From Eremomyces bilateralis CBS 781.70 (taxonomy: Eukaryota), in assembly GCA_010015585.1 (NCBI GenBank), contig ML975168.1: DNA of 64,000 nucleotides; one strand, written 5' to 3'. A program made the position numbers and the translations under genes. Numbering within the stretch: the stretch's first letter is position 1; every line of letters starts with the position of its first letter. Positions 1 to 12,441 of this stretch are shown here, one piece after another. Below the pieces are notes generated by a model, which saw only the letters and a list, made by a program, of their open reading frames with translations, was not told the origin of the DNA and did not search any database.

Positions 1-297
1 GTTCAGCCCAATCTGAACGAACGATTTGTTCAGATTGACCAGATTGTTGCGGCTCAGGAGGCAGCTAGGGAGAGGGAACAAAAGGCTGCAAAACGCCTTC
101 AAATTAACCCGGAGGAAACGTCTTGATAATTGCAGAAGGCAATGTTTAAGCCACTCTATCCACAATTTCAATTACAGCTATAGAAAAATACCTCCCAATT
201 TGGACCCGCGTTCGGTCTTGGGAGGAGGCCGAGCCATTATCTCCGACATCTCCCCTTTTGACTTCCACGCAGTCTCCGAAAAGGTTTACTAATAGTA
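1..297 (+). mobile_element. 3' remnant of a pogo/Fot1-like DNA transposon (transposase C-terminus, mutated)
   Basis: Frame 1 reads VQPNLNERFVQIDQIVAAQEAARERE...ETS**LQKAMFKPLYPQFQLQL*. This resembles the 'PNERF..I..I..AQ' C-terminus of fungal Fot1/pogo transposases. The tandem TGA TAA at 124-129 is consistent with C->T mutation. The right end/TIR position is a guess. Confidence 0.45.
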
Positions 298-567
298 GGC
301 GTAATTAGCCGCATATTCATCGTTGCACCGAAGTCCGACTTCGGGTTTATCGGCTTTTACGTTCGTCGTTATACTGAATGCAACGTTTTAACGGAGGATC
401 GCTCGAGCTTAAACGCGCTAGTAGTCCAGGGTGTGAGGTATGGGTGAAGTATATGATGGCAAGCAAGACGTTCAGTCTGTATCTCTTCTCATTTAAAGAA
501 TTCTGCCCTGTTTCTTCTCGAAGTCCGTCTGTAAACAAATATCTATACCTTTGATCATTCTTCCGCA

Positions 568-1702
568 ATGGCAGCTTCAAACCGCATCAGAAACGTTGCC
601 ATCGTTGGTGTGAGTGACATTACTATCCACATCTTCCACCACAACCAATAAGTTAACGAGCGTAGGCGGGTGGCCACGTCGGTACCTTCATCTCTGAAGC
701 ACTAGTTAAGACCGGAAAGCACATTGTCACGGGCATCACCCGCACTGGCAGCCAGAGCCGGCTTCCGGCAGGAGTGATTTCAAAAACAGTCGACTACAAT
801 AAGCCGGAGACCATCGTGGACGCACTCCGAGGCCAAGATCTGCTTATCATAACCCTCGCTGTCCAGGTCCCGAAAGAGACATGCTTGCAACTCATCAATG
901 CCGCTGGTGATGCCGGTGTAAAATGGATCCTCCCGAACGAATGGGGATTAGACAACACCCATAAGGAGTTGGTCAAAGATGTACCTGTTTTCGAGGCAAA
1001 GGGTGAGCGCTCCTACTATAAATCCCCCATATATGCACTGACGACTGATCATTGGACTATAGATGTCAATCGTAAGGCTATAAAAGACCTGGGGAAAAGT
1101 TCATACATCGCAGTGGCGACTGGCGTTTGGTACGAGTGGAGCTTGGCCATTCCTTCGGCATTTGCATTCGACATTGTTAATCGATCCGTCACGCTCATCG
1201 ATGAAGGAGAGGCCAAGATCTCGACCTCCACGTGGCCACAGGTACGCGTGCAATCGTCGGCTACTTGTCTTAGAAAACGATTAACATCAAACAGGTTGGC
1301 CGGACAGTCGCTGCTCTTCTCAGTCTGCCCATCAAGCCCGAAGGCTCGAATCCAGAAGCCTGCCTTGAGCACTTTAAGAACACTGCCATCTGCGCCGACT
1401 CCTTCTACATCAATCAGAAAGATATGCTGGAATCTGTGCTCCGCGTCACGGGTACCAAGCGAGAGGACTGGACAATCACAAAAGAGGTGTCGCAGGAGCG
1501 GTACGCTACTGCTGTCAGAGAGATGGAAGGAGGCGATTGGAATGGCTTTGCCAAGATGATGTATACCCGAATCTTCTATCCCGATGATGCTGGCGTGTTT
1601 GACAAAGACACGGTGAACAGCTTGCTGGGACTGCCAAAGGAAGACCTCGATGAAGCTACGAAGGCTGGGATCGAGCGTTCCAAGACTTTTACCTATCCTT
1701 AG
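568..1702 (+). CDS. NmrA/isoflavone-reductase-like NAD(P)-binding oxidoreductase (CipA-like), spliced
   Basis: ATG 568, MAASNRIRNVAIVG|intron|AGGHVG (Rossmann GxxGxxG), then LINAAGDAGVKWILPNEWG, GVWYEWSL and ISTSTWPQ. Three GT-AG introns; stop TAG at 1700-1702. Confidence 0.85.
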
Positions 1703-2763
1703 TGAATTGTAGGAGCGGCGATGTTTCTTTCAGCCAGAGAAAATGTAATTTGGAATATATTCCCTATCTTCGAATACAAACAACTCCAAAGACATTGCTA
1801 CATGGATGCTTTACACCCTGCCACATGATGCCTTGGCCTTGAATCCCGTATCGCACACTGAGGTACACCGTCTACGCCGCATGAAGTGAGTAGACACGCC
1901 ACTGGACTCAATGCGATTTGAAACGAGGAGGGGCTAGTTTCCAATTTATATCTTGCAAACACCGTGTTACTACCGAACATTGTTCCCTGTTCCTGATCGC
2001 TGGTAAGACTGACGATCTTGAAACCGCGACGACAAGGATCTGATACGGGGCCTGTGATGGACGGCCATCTCGGCGAATGCTTGTACGTTGCCATTAGTAA
2101 TAATTATACCTCCATAGTATACAGCCAGTTCTTTCCACGGTTCGCTTCAATTGACTAAGGAGTCAAGCTATAACTTTTTATTTTATCATACGTCATGAAT
2201 TGTTGATCCTGAGTAGAGTAGGAACTAGTTACTAGGATAGACAGCAGAGGAGAGATTGCATGTGATAGCAACCCTAGTTGATTGAGGGACGTTGGTCATT
2301 GGTGGAGACATCACTTCAAGCCACAGTTCGACCCCTGGGGTCCGGGGGGTCGCGGGGGTGCTCGAGGATGGACAGTTCCATGTGGCGCAGTAACGACTCA
2401 GGGGCCACTTCACACTGTACCTCTCCACCCCCAGGCCCAACAAAGCCAATCCTCGGTTCCTCATCTGTTCCCTAATCCTCACAGACGCCATCATTGACTT
2501 GCAATTTATTTAAATTAATCTAACTTCCCCTCGCCCTTCCATCCCGACTGCAAATCGTTGCGGAGAGCCTGGAACCACGAACTCCTGTTCACACTCCTTT
2601 CCTCGCGCTTTTTGAATATGAATGTTTCGACCTTGCGATCCTGTTGGTAGTCTCTTAGGAATCCGACCGTCCTTCGTGGCCTCTCTTCGAGCATCTTCTC
2701 GCGCGCAGCGCATGGTCAGATAAACTCTATGTCCCAGAATCCCTCCTTCGATCTTGTCTGAAC

Positions 2764-3882
2764 ATGTCGTTCCCTGTCCCCAGGGCATTATCCGCTCGCT
2801 CGCGTTTAATCTGTATCCTAAGCTTTTTCTTCCTCGTCCTCCTGGTCGTTCTCCACCAATCCGCACCATATCACGGCTACACGATCATCCAGAAGCCAGT
2901 GCCAGCGCCTGCTCCATCGCCAACGGCGGGCGAAGAATTCATCGAGACGAAGTTCATGTTCCAGGAGGATCTGGCCACGCTTCGCCAACCCAACTTCGAC
3001 CTGAAGGAATACACCAAATATAAACCGCATAACTATGTGCCGGACACGCAGCAGCAAACCTTCGCCACCTTCCTTTGCACCCCGAACGCGTCCATCTACG
3101 ATCCCTACTTCGCCGCCACCCTGAACCTCGTCTACCGCAACCTCTGGTCCCCTTCTATCGCTTCTAAATCCCGCCCCTTCACCGTCTTCGTCGCCCCGTT
3201 CATTACTCAAGAACAGCGCGACATCCTCGCCGGCGCAGGCGCTGTCATCCAAGAACTCGGACTCCTCCCATGGGAACCTCACATCCCCGGCGTCTGGGGC
3301 CGCTGGCGCGACCAGTTCTCCAAACTTCATTTCTTCAACCAGACGCAGTACTCCACCATCGCATACATGGACTCCGATGCCTTCCCTCTCGAGAACATCG
3401 ACTCCGTCTTCGACGAGATCATAGAGCAGAAATGTGACCCGGCGAAGCTCAACGCCGACGACCTGAAAGAGAAGGACGAGCTCTGCGACTACACGTTCAT
3501 GGGCGTCATGAATATGGGCGGGGGGATCAACGGCGGCTTCGTCGTCGTGCGCCCCAACCCCGCCATGCATCGGCGTTTGATCCGGAACTACGTCAAGGTG
3601 GATGAGTACGACAACACGGCCGCGGAGCAGTCGTTTTTCAAGTGGATGTTCGCCGAGGACGGGGCGTTCCCCGTGGCGTTTCTCCCGCGCAAGTTCAACG
3701 GGTACTTCCCGACCGAGGACGACAAGGGGCAGATCATGGTGGTGCATGAGAAGCTGTGGGCGTTCTCGGATTTGCCGTCGTGGCTGATGGGAGTGTGGGA
3801 TAAGGGGTGGGAGGAGATGGTGGATTACTTTAATAGCCCCGCGTTTAAGGAGGCGCGGGAGAAGGATGGCGCGGTGAGTTAG
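2764..3882 (+). CDS. Glycosyltransferase family 8 protein, type II membrane
   Basis: 372-aa single-exon ORF with an N-terminal TM helix, FSKLHFFNQTQY, a DxD motif (YMDSDAF), INGGF, AEQSFF and HEKLW. Confidence 0.85.
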   Translation: MSFPVPRALSARSRLICILSFFFLVLLVVLHQSAPYHGYTIIQKPVPAPAPSPTAGEEFIETKFMFQEDLATLRQPNFDLKEYTKYKPHNYVPDTQQQTFATFLCTPNASIYDPYFAATLNLVYRNLWSPSIASKSRPFTVFVAPFITQEQRDILAGAGAVIQELGLLPWEPHIPGVWGRWRDQFSKLHFFNQTQYSTIAYMDSDAFPLENIDSVFDEIIEQKCDPAKLNADDLKEKDELCDYTFMGVMNMGGGINGGFVVVRPNPAMHRRLIRNYVKVDEYDNTAAEQSFFKWMFAEDGAFPVAFLPRKFNGYFPTEDDKGQIMVVHEKLWAFSDLPSWLMGVWDKGWEEMVDYFNSPAFKEAREKDGAVS

Positions 3883-4180
3883 GGGCGGGGCTGGAAGGGT
3901 TCATTCTAGATATGAGACATGTATATGTTTGATGCTGTTCTGTGTATAGTAGCTTTCTTGTATCTAATTGCCACAAAATATATCCGGACTGTACACACGT
4001 GACTAAACCATTAATTACTTGCGCTTCTTTGGTCTTGAATCCGTAACTAATTCGAATATCACCCATCTGATCACAACACCTTCCCCAATTCCGGGTATAA
4101 TTTCCGCTCCTTCCTTATTGCTTTAATAAGTCATGGCCCTTTCCCATTAACCCATCCCCATCCCCATCCCCCAATGGCAA

Positions 4181-5331
4181 ATGCCCCGTCTTCGCCCCCC
4201 CCTCCTCCGCTCCGCCCACGCCACCCACCCCATGCTTCCCTCCCTCCTTCGCACCTGCCGTGATCTGCCGTCCGCCATCAACGAATTCCGCTGGCTTACC
4301 GAACACGCAGAAAGCAAAGTGCTGCGATCGAACTGCGGTGAGCGACGCGCGAGGGAAGAGCGAGATGGCTTGCTGGAGGGGCTGTGCCGAAAGAGAAGGA
4401 GGGGCGTGCCGTTGCAGTATTTGTTAGGGACGGAATATTTCGGGGATTTGGAGCTGAGGTGTCGGGAGGGGGTGTTGATTCCACGGTAGGTATTTGGCGT
4501 CTCATGAATGAATGAAGTGTTGCTTTGCTAATGAGGAACAGACCTGAGACGGCCACCATTGTCTCCCACTTGATCAGCATATTGAAATCCCGTGGTCTAA
4601 AGCAAGAATTCGGTAGTACCTTACGAGTCCTGGATCTCTGTACTGGTTCCGGATGCATTCCCTTGCTATTCGAGCATGAACTCCGCGCCGCTGCTAAATC
4701 CGCGGACGTCCAACTGCAGGTCCTGGGCGTCGATATCTCCCCGCATGCCATTTCCCTTGCGAAGAAAAACCTAGACCACGTCCGGGGTATCAAGTCCAGC
4801 AGGGAAAATCCAGATCCTTCAACCCACTCCCCTGTGGTATTTGAGAGGGCAGATATAATGCGCGACGCGGACATCCTCTCTAAACAGCGCGCATGGGACA
4901 TCATCATCTCCAACCCCCCCTACATCTCCCGCGCCGACTACACCTTCAAACTCGACCGATCTGTCCGTCACTTCGAGCCGCGCCTTGCTCTCGTCCCCTC
5001 ATTGACTACGAAGCCCATCTCTAATTCCTGGCTTCAGGAACTGGTCGCCAGCATCCCCTCCTCCGCGCTTGATGGCCTCGAGCCGGAGGATGCGTTCTAC
5101 CCTCGTATCGCGCATATTGCGCGGATCTCTGGTGCGAAGGCGTTGTTGGTGGAGGTGGGGGATATGGCGCAGGCGAGGAGGGTAGCGGGGATGTGTAGAG
5201 GGCAGGGATTGGGGAGGGTGGAGGTATGGAAGGATGAGTTGCGTCATGATGGAGGTGCGGTGGATGATGGGAGCGGGATAGTTGTTCGTGGGAGTGGTGA
5301 GGGGAGGGCGGTGTTTTGCAGTAGATTTTAG
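4181..5331 (+). CDS. MTQ1: HemK/PrmC-family mitochondrial release-factor glutamine methyltransferase
   Basis: RRRGVPLQYLLG, VLIPR|PET across one intron (~4486-4540), LDLCTGSGCI (SAM motif I), ISNPPYI and FEPRLAL. Confidence 0.88.
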
Positions 5332-5614
5332 GGGGCTGCTCGTGAAGAGTGTGGGAGTCGGGGAGATGGTGCGGTGCGGCCCTGAGAATCAGGGTCCTTC
5401 CATTCTACTGGTTGCGGCATAACATGCTGAGTCTATGACACATGACGCTGTCCCTTACACCCGGACCCGTTTCCTCTCACCACTGCGACCCCTCGGCCTT
5501 CCGGGTTCGTCCCCGAGCATTAAGGTGATGCCATGACGACCATTGATTCAGGAGGAACCCATTCTGACCAAGAGATATTGGCTAGTCCAAGCTCACAAAG
5601 CTAGACACTCGCCC

Positions 5615-6933
5615 CTACCCTCCAGATGCCTCACGGTAAATCGAAATGCTTTTCGCTGCCCCCGCCACCGCGAACATCTCGCTCTTCCCACTCTTCGGCA
5701 GCCACCTCGTGCTCCAGATCGTCTTATCCGATTCGGCATGCGTCGCCACGCAGGCTCTCGTGGGGACAGACCAGACTTTCGACTTTCCATCAAACGCGCT
5801 GTCGCGCAGTCAGCTTCGTCAATGTTCCCAACTGGGTGGAGAGCTGAACGGGCTTACCCGCTTAAGAGGTACTCCCCAGTAGCATTCCATGATAATGATG
5901 TTATCCATGCGCTGTGGCCAGATAGGATCGCTACCTGTTCGCCTGAAACTACGTCGTAGAGACCGATGATCTTGCTGTCGCCTGCTGCTGCGAGGAGTTT
6001 TCCGCCGGGCGAGAAGGCGACGGCGCGGACGGGTTTGATGAGTCCTGATTACAGTCAGCTGGATGTGAACCATATTTTGGGGAAAACCCGCGAGCACATA
6101 GCAGCTTACCTTGCAATGAGTGTGCCATTCGAGAGGACTCATTGTTGAAGATATAGACTCCACCATTCTCATGACCTGATGCGGTCCATTTACCGTCGCT
6201 TGACTGGGCGATAGGATAAGCCATCATCTAAAGCGAAATCTATCCATGAATAGAAGATCTGAGAACTTACAAGATCGACGCTCATGCCAAAGCTTCCTTT
6301 CGTCTCGTATTCCCGCTCTTTATCAGCCTCCTCATCAACACTCCACACGTTGATCGACCCATTATATGAGCTACTCGCAAGAAACTTGCCATCTTCACTC
6401 AACGCAATCGCCCAGATTTCTCCCGCCTTCGCCTTGCCTAGATGATCCGATTAGCTTCCCATAGCTCTTATCATAATGCTCCTCAACCAGTGATCAGAAA
6501 CTCACCAGAGACCGCCCTCAGCTTCGTCCACTGCCCATCCTCCTGGAGCTCCCACACAATCACTTCGCCTCCGAACCCGGCGCTTGCGGCTCTTCGTCCG
6601 TTGGCGGACGTGCAGAGATGATGGCAGCCGAGCTTGTGCACGCCATTGAGCGTTTGCACGAGGGGGAACTCGCCGGCGTTGGCGTTGGCGGTGACGGCGT
6701 GGACTTGGATGCTAGATGAGCCAGATGCGGAGAGGATATGTCCTGCGGTGGTGGCAAGAGCGAAGATATCCGTTGGATGAGCTGGTCGATGGTTAACTGC
6801 CGCCTAGGGTGATATGATATGAACGGTGTGCAACTTGCCATTGTCGATTGTGTGAGTCGTTAGATATTGTTTCGACTAGATGAAATGTTAGAACTTTGTT
6901 CTTAATCAAATTGAAGATGTCTGTCAGTACCAT
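5615..6933 (-). CDS. SKI8: WD40-repeat protein Ski8/Rec14
   Basis: ATG-only first exon (6931-6933), then SKQYLTTHTIDNAHPTDIF...GEIWAIALSEDGKFLASSS...YETKGSFGMSVDL...TASGHENGGVYIF...SISIYREASGG*. Several introns, one of them GC-AG. Confidence 0.9.
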
Positions 6934-7419
6934 CTTGGAAGCGTAGCAGCGTTCCCAAGCTCTTTAGCAGCCCAATATCACAATGAATTGAAGTTGTCAG
7001 GATGTCTCCTGTTCTCTTCCCGCGAGCGTTGTTAATAGCTCAGGTTAAACTCAAGACTCATAAGTCCGTAGCTGCGTAATTCGTCACTTTTCATCCATAT
7101 AATTTTATTATTATTGAGATTTTAACTTACTTTTTGTTGACATGCTTCAGACCATTATGGTTGTCGTCATGAATTTCGGAGCCATGTATTGATGCCTTGT
7201 AGACTGAGGCACCATCCAGGCTGGCAGATCGGTTGCGCACACGTGATCGTTCGATGGTGGGCAGATGGTGGCCTTACCGCCTCGTGGCCTTGCAGTGGCC
7301 CCAGCCCCTGTGAGTCTCCACGACCTGCATAAGCCATAATCTCCCCCCATCCCACTCCTCTAAACATCCGTCCATCATTTCCTCTGTGCCATTGATCGTT
7401 CGTTTAGGCATAAGACACC

Positions 7420-8642
7420 ATGTCTGTATCTACAGTCGCTACTGCAACGGTAGCAAAGCCAAGGACGAGGAAATCACGACCGATTCTTGAGTCGCCACCA
7501 GACGATACCATCCGACGGGAGCCTGGAAAGGAAGACTTCTTTTGGACATATACAGAAGAACCGCACATGACGAGAAGACGGGCTATAATCAAAGCTCATC
7601 CAGAGGTCAGATACCATTGTTTTGGAATTTAACTCTGATACTGACCCTTCTGCAGGTCACCAAGCTCTGCGGGCCAGAGCCACTCACCAAATACGTCGTA
7701 CTTTTTGTCGTATCCCTCCAGATCCTCTGCGCTTATCTCCTCCGAGCGACCCCCTTCCTCTCCTGGCCCTTCTTCCTCACCGCCTACCTCGTCGGCGCTA
7801 CCGCCAACCAGAACCTCTTCCTCGCCATCCACGAAATATCCCACAATCTCGCCTTCCGCTCCCCGCTCGCCAACCGCCTCCTCGCCATCTTTGCCAACCT
7901 CCCGATCGGTATCCCGTATAGCGCATCGTTCCGTCCTTACCACCTCACGCACCACAAGTCGCTGGGCGTCGACGGCGTCGATGTTGATCTTCCCACCGCG
8001 TTCGAGGCGATCTTCCTGGACTCGGTGCTCGGAAAAGCGTTCTTCTGTACCTGCCAGATCCTCTTCTATGCGCTCCGGCCGATGTTCATCTATCAGCTAC
8101 CGTTCACGAAGATCCATGCTCTGAATATTTTGGTACAGGTGGTATTTGACTACATCCTCGTGCGGACTTGTGGAGCCCGCGCGCTAGCATACCTGATTCT
8201 CAGCTCCTTCCTCGCGGGGAGCCTACACCCGTGCGCTGGACACTTCATTGCGGAGCACTACGTCTTCAAACGCCTCTCAAATCCCGCACCCGGATCTGCA
8301 GCGGCAGACGCGCCGGTGCCAGAGACGTACTCCTATTACGGCGTGCTAAACTTCCTCACGTACAACGTCGGGCTCCACAACGAGCACCACGACTTCCCCG
8401 CCGTCCCATGGACGCGTCTCCCCAAGCTATACGAGATGGCGAAGGAGTTCTACGTGGACTTGCCGCAACATAAGAGCTGGACTTACGTGCTGTGGCAGTT
8501 CGTCTTAGATAAGGAGGTGGGGATGTGGTGTCGGGTGAAGAGGGCGGAGGGTGGCCGGAAGGTGGGTGGTGGTGGGTCGTGGAGGGAGGATGAATTGGGG
8601 GCGAACGAGACGAAGGGGGGACACATTCCGGGTGTGAAATAA
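7420..8642 (+). CDS. DES1: Sphingolipid (dihydroceramide) delta(4)-desaturase
   Basis: DFFWTYTEEPHMTRRRAIIKAHPE|VTKLCGPEP, with three His boxes HEISH, HLTHH and HNEHH. One intron at ~7606-7655. Confidence 0.93.
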
Positions 8643-8860
8643 CGGGTTATGTGGCCTTGGGTTGGCGTATCTCAATGACGAGTCGGGATGTCATTTGGAG
8701 GAATGGGATTTATGTAGATCACTTGGGCAGGCGTTGGTTGGATTTTCCACCGTTGTAAATAGGTCGCAGGTGGACATCAAAATCAAATTCCATCTCATGG
8801 ACGCATACATTGCAATTTTGGTCAGCTTTCTACCATCACGGCCTGAACCTTGCGGGCTTT

Positions 8861-11221
8861 TTAGCCGTGCGCATGATCACCGGACGTATCCTCATGGCCG
8901 TGTTCACCTGCCGCAGTGGTTGTTGGTGGCAACACGGCAGTGGTCGCAACCGGGGCGCCGTGGTCGTGTCCACCGGCCGCTGAAGTGGTCTCAACTGGGG
9001 CGCCGTGATCATGTCCTCCCGGCATCTCACCCTCTTCCTCACCATGATGACCACCCGAGCCGCCACTGAAATCCGGGATGGGGTCCGGGATGACGCCATT
9101 CGTCAAGTACTGCTGGATATACGGCATGAGCGGATTGGCGATCCCCGGGACGCTCGGTAGGCTCGCGATGCCCGTGAGGCTATCCTTGTTGGGAAGGGTG
9201 GATGGTGGAGGACGCTGGCCGATAGTGACGCGCGCGGGGCAGATGCGTTCGTCGTCATAGGAAAGGAAATCGGCACCGACGCAGGGGGAGCACCAGAGGA
9301 CGTTCTTGGGGTCGTATTTCTTCTTGAGTTGCTCGAGGCGGGCGTAGTTGGAGCCGAAGTAGGCGCGCTTCCAGTCGGGAGAATCAGGGGAGGCCTGGGA
9401 TGGTTAGCGAGTTGTTAGTAGGGACATGGTGATAGATTCTGATCACCTCATTGAGATATGCGCCAGCTGTAGGGAAGGCTGTCTTCATTGCCGAGACGTC
9501 GTAGTCATGTCGAATATCACCAGGGACAGCGTTGACGATGATATGGTAGGTCATGGTTCGCCAAGCAGGGTTCAATCCCATCGCATTCGCCGCAGGCTTC
9601 GCCTGAATATTGCCTCCTAGCAAAAACCCTCGAATGTGGTTATTCGTGATACCAGGAAGGGTGTTGTTCATAATCTTAGCCAGTTGATCCTGCGACACAG
9701 ATCTGACATGCTGCGCCGTCAGAAGCCGCGAGTCGAGGTATGTGCGGGACATAGGACGCATGGCCTTCCCTGGAACCACCTCGTCGCGTTTGGCGTGATA
9801 ACGAGGCCAAATAGATCGTTTTGCTGGGGTCTGTGGGTTCTTGATCGCCCATGGAATGATCTTCAATGGGTTCTCCATGGCTTCGGCTTGGCCGGGAGCC
9901 GAACCGTCGGAGCCATCATACCAGGACAACCACTTGGTGCCAGAGTGCTCCATGTCGTGGTTGCCTTGCTCAGCGGCATACCAGTCCTTGTACGTCTTGT
10001 AAGTGTAGTACTTGATGGGCTGGGCAGTTGCGCCGGCAAGCTCATCCATCTTGGCCTTCAGGGGTTCGAAGCCAGCCTTCATGTTTGCTTCGGTGGCGTA
10101 CTGGGCTGGGAAACTGCGAAAGGGATTTAGCGAATGATGCAGGTTCAGGAGATACGCGACTTACTGCAATACCGACTCGAATGCGTTGTGGTACACATAA
10201 AAGTAGCCTTGCGCCCCGTATTGATCGCGGACAGTCGGCCCCTGCTGCAAGAAATAGGCAACGGCATCCCACAGCTTCGGAGTCGTCGAGTTGACGAAAA
10301 AGCGGGCGACTCCTATTGGGATGGTCGGATAGACTTTGACAGTGGCGGCAGTAACGACACCGAATCTACGCAGTCGTCAGCAAATCCTCTGATTCCCGCG
10401 TCCGAAAGTGCGTACGTTGAACCACCACCCCCTCGAAGTGCCCAAAATAGCTCCGGGTTGTTGCACTCCGACACCTTCTGGAACTTGCCATCCGCAGTGA
10501 CGACCTCGAACTCCAGAATCTGGTCGACCATCATGCCGTACTCGCGAGAGAAAGGGTTGTGGCCGCCTCCCTGAGCCCAACCGCCGATAGTGCTTACACC
10601 GCCGTGTTGAGCGCCCATAGTGAATAGACCACTTTGGGAAGCCTCCTCATAGAATTTCTCATGATACATGCTCGCGGAGACACGAGCGACGGCTTGCTCG
10701 CCGGGCACTGGAGTGATCTTGTTTACAGACGCCCCAGGAGTGAGGACATCACCACATTTCCAGCTGGTGGCGAAGACCGTGTTTTCATTGAACTGGCTCA
10801 TGTCTATCCGCAGTCCAGAACGAGCGTCGGCTCTGCATGGTGTTAGTCGCTACCTAGTCACCCTATAGAGATTTCAACATTACCTTGCCATGAAATCATG
10901 ACCCTTCGTAATGACCGTCAACCGAACATTATGCTGCGCAGAAAAGTTCACTCCCGCCTGGACATCCTGCACCGTCTTCGCCTGCACCACCCAATCCGGG
11001 CCTTTGGTACCCCATTGCTTGAAAATCGCATTCGGCAACGCGGCCTTGACGGTCTCGTTCGATGGGAACCCGGCATCGGATGCCAGGAGTTTGCAGCCCG
11101 CTGGGGCATTAGATGAATTAGGCGTCAGGACTTTGTCGGGGATCGGCGGCATAGGAGCCGGATCCGCAATACATAGTCCTGCGTACAGGACGAAGGAAAG
11201 GAGCGACGTGACACCCTTCAT
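8861..11221 (-). CDS. Secreted FAD-linked oxidoreductase (berberine-bridge/VAO family) with His-rich C-terminal tail
   Basis: Signal peptide MKGVTSLLSFVLYAGLCIA; VITKGHDFMAR (covalent-FAD His); GWAQGGGH; LFWALRGGGGST; BBE domain AYLNE|ASPDSPDWKRAYFGSNYARLEQLKKKYDPKNVLWC. The last exon stays open to 8861. Confidence 0.87.
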
Positions 11222-12441
11222 CTCGGCGACTTGAAGGAAAAATGAGTGAAGTTAGAAAGACAAAGGGACCGAAAGGCATCATAACTGCCGTCCCATGGAA
11301 TGATATAAAGCGACCACGGAGTATTTCCGTCCTCGCCATGGCCCTCGATCATCTGGCACCATCATATTGCAATACCATATTCTCGTACCTCATCGCCATA
11401 TCCAAACATACTCCAAGACTCTGCATAAAAATAAAATAGATTCTCATTAGATTGAAAAGATGCCTCCAGGCAGCGCGACGGGGTATCATCCGCCACGAGA
11501 CATAGTATCGAGTAAATATGCCGAGTAGTAGAAAGAGCTTGGCAGACCAAACAGAGTGCGACAAGACTTTCTCCAAGGATGTGGAGGGTATTCCGAGCCA
11601 TACGAGGCTTGCATCTCTTGATTGAGCCGAAAGGGCTCAAGGCTTTGTGCACGGCGGGGGTAGAGCTGGATTAACCCTGATGCTCACGGAACTGTGTCGT
11701 GTGCGGATCGGTTTTGGCCGTGGTTCTCTAAAGCCGTTCGACGCGCGTGAATTCGTGAGGTTTCGCGAATGCGAATTTTCCTGACACCTTGGCATGGAAA
11801 TATGGAAATGGCTTACGACTTACGAGGACATGATGAACAATGAATGAAAGGTAGATACATGTATCTTTGTTCTTCGAGGTCGTGGAAAGAGTGCTTTGGA
11901 GCGCGCATCATCAAGTCGTCCACAAGGCGTTCAGGTATATTTCCGGGCATATCTCTCATCCATAATAGGGAGTTCGTCGACGTTCCGTGCCTCAATGGGT
12001 TTGAACCGCCAGCAATGGATGAATCGCGTCGGTAGGTACTTGACGTTATGCTGCTGGTACTAAGAACCGAGCCAAGACGGCGATCGAGTTCTTCGGTTAT
12101 CCCAAGCCCAATCCCGCATGTGATGAACGTCTGGGGAAACAAAAGCAAAATAAATGAGACATGGAAAGTTGTCCAACCCTAGATGTGGATATGTATTAGC
12201 ATATAGCTGTCGTTGATGGTGCAGGGTTCGTAACAGGAGGAGTTCCAGAGGACAGGGTCATGGCGCTCTTCATTACTGACGGCACTCACCCGACACATGA
12301 TTACGGACGGGACTTTATATTTCCCATGTTCAATATGGGATGAGCAAATAATCTACAACTAATCCTAGGCGTGCATAAAATGTATTCATCGTATATTCGT
12401 CCAAAGATCCATCTCAATAAACGACTGCATCCCATTAGCAC

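Noticed and set aside
2818..3747. 309-aa minus-strand ORF (and similar long ORFs at 52922-53857, 16498-17145, 49868-50713)
   Set aside because: These are antisense or off-frame shadows of GC3-rich real genes and have no recognisable motifs.
11813..12148. 111-aa minus ORF downstream of the CorA-like gene
   Set aside because: The CorA-like gene already ends at 12442, and this ORF has no ATG start or clear homology.
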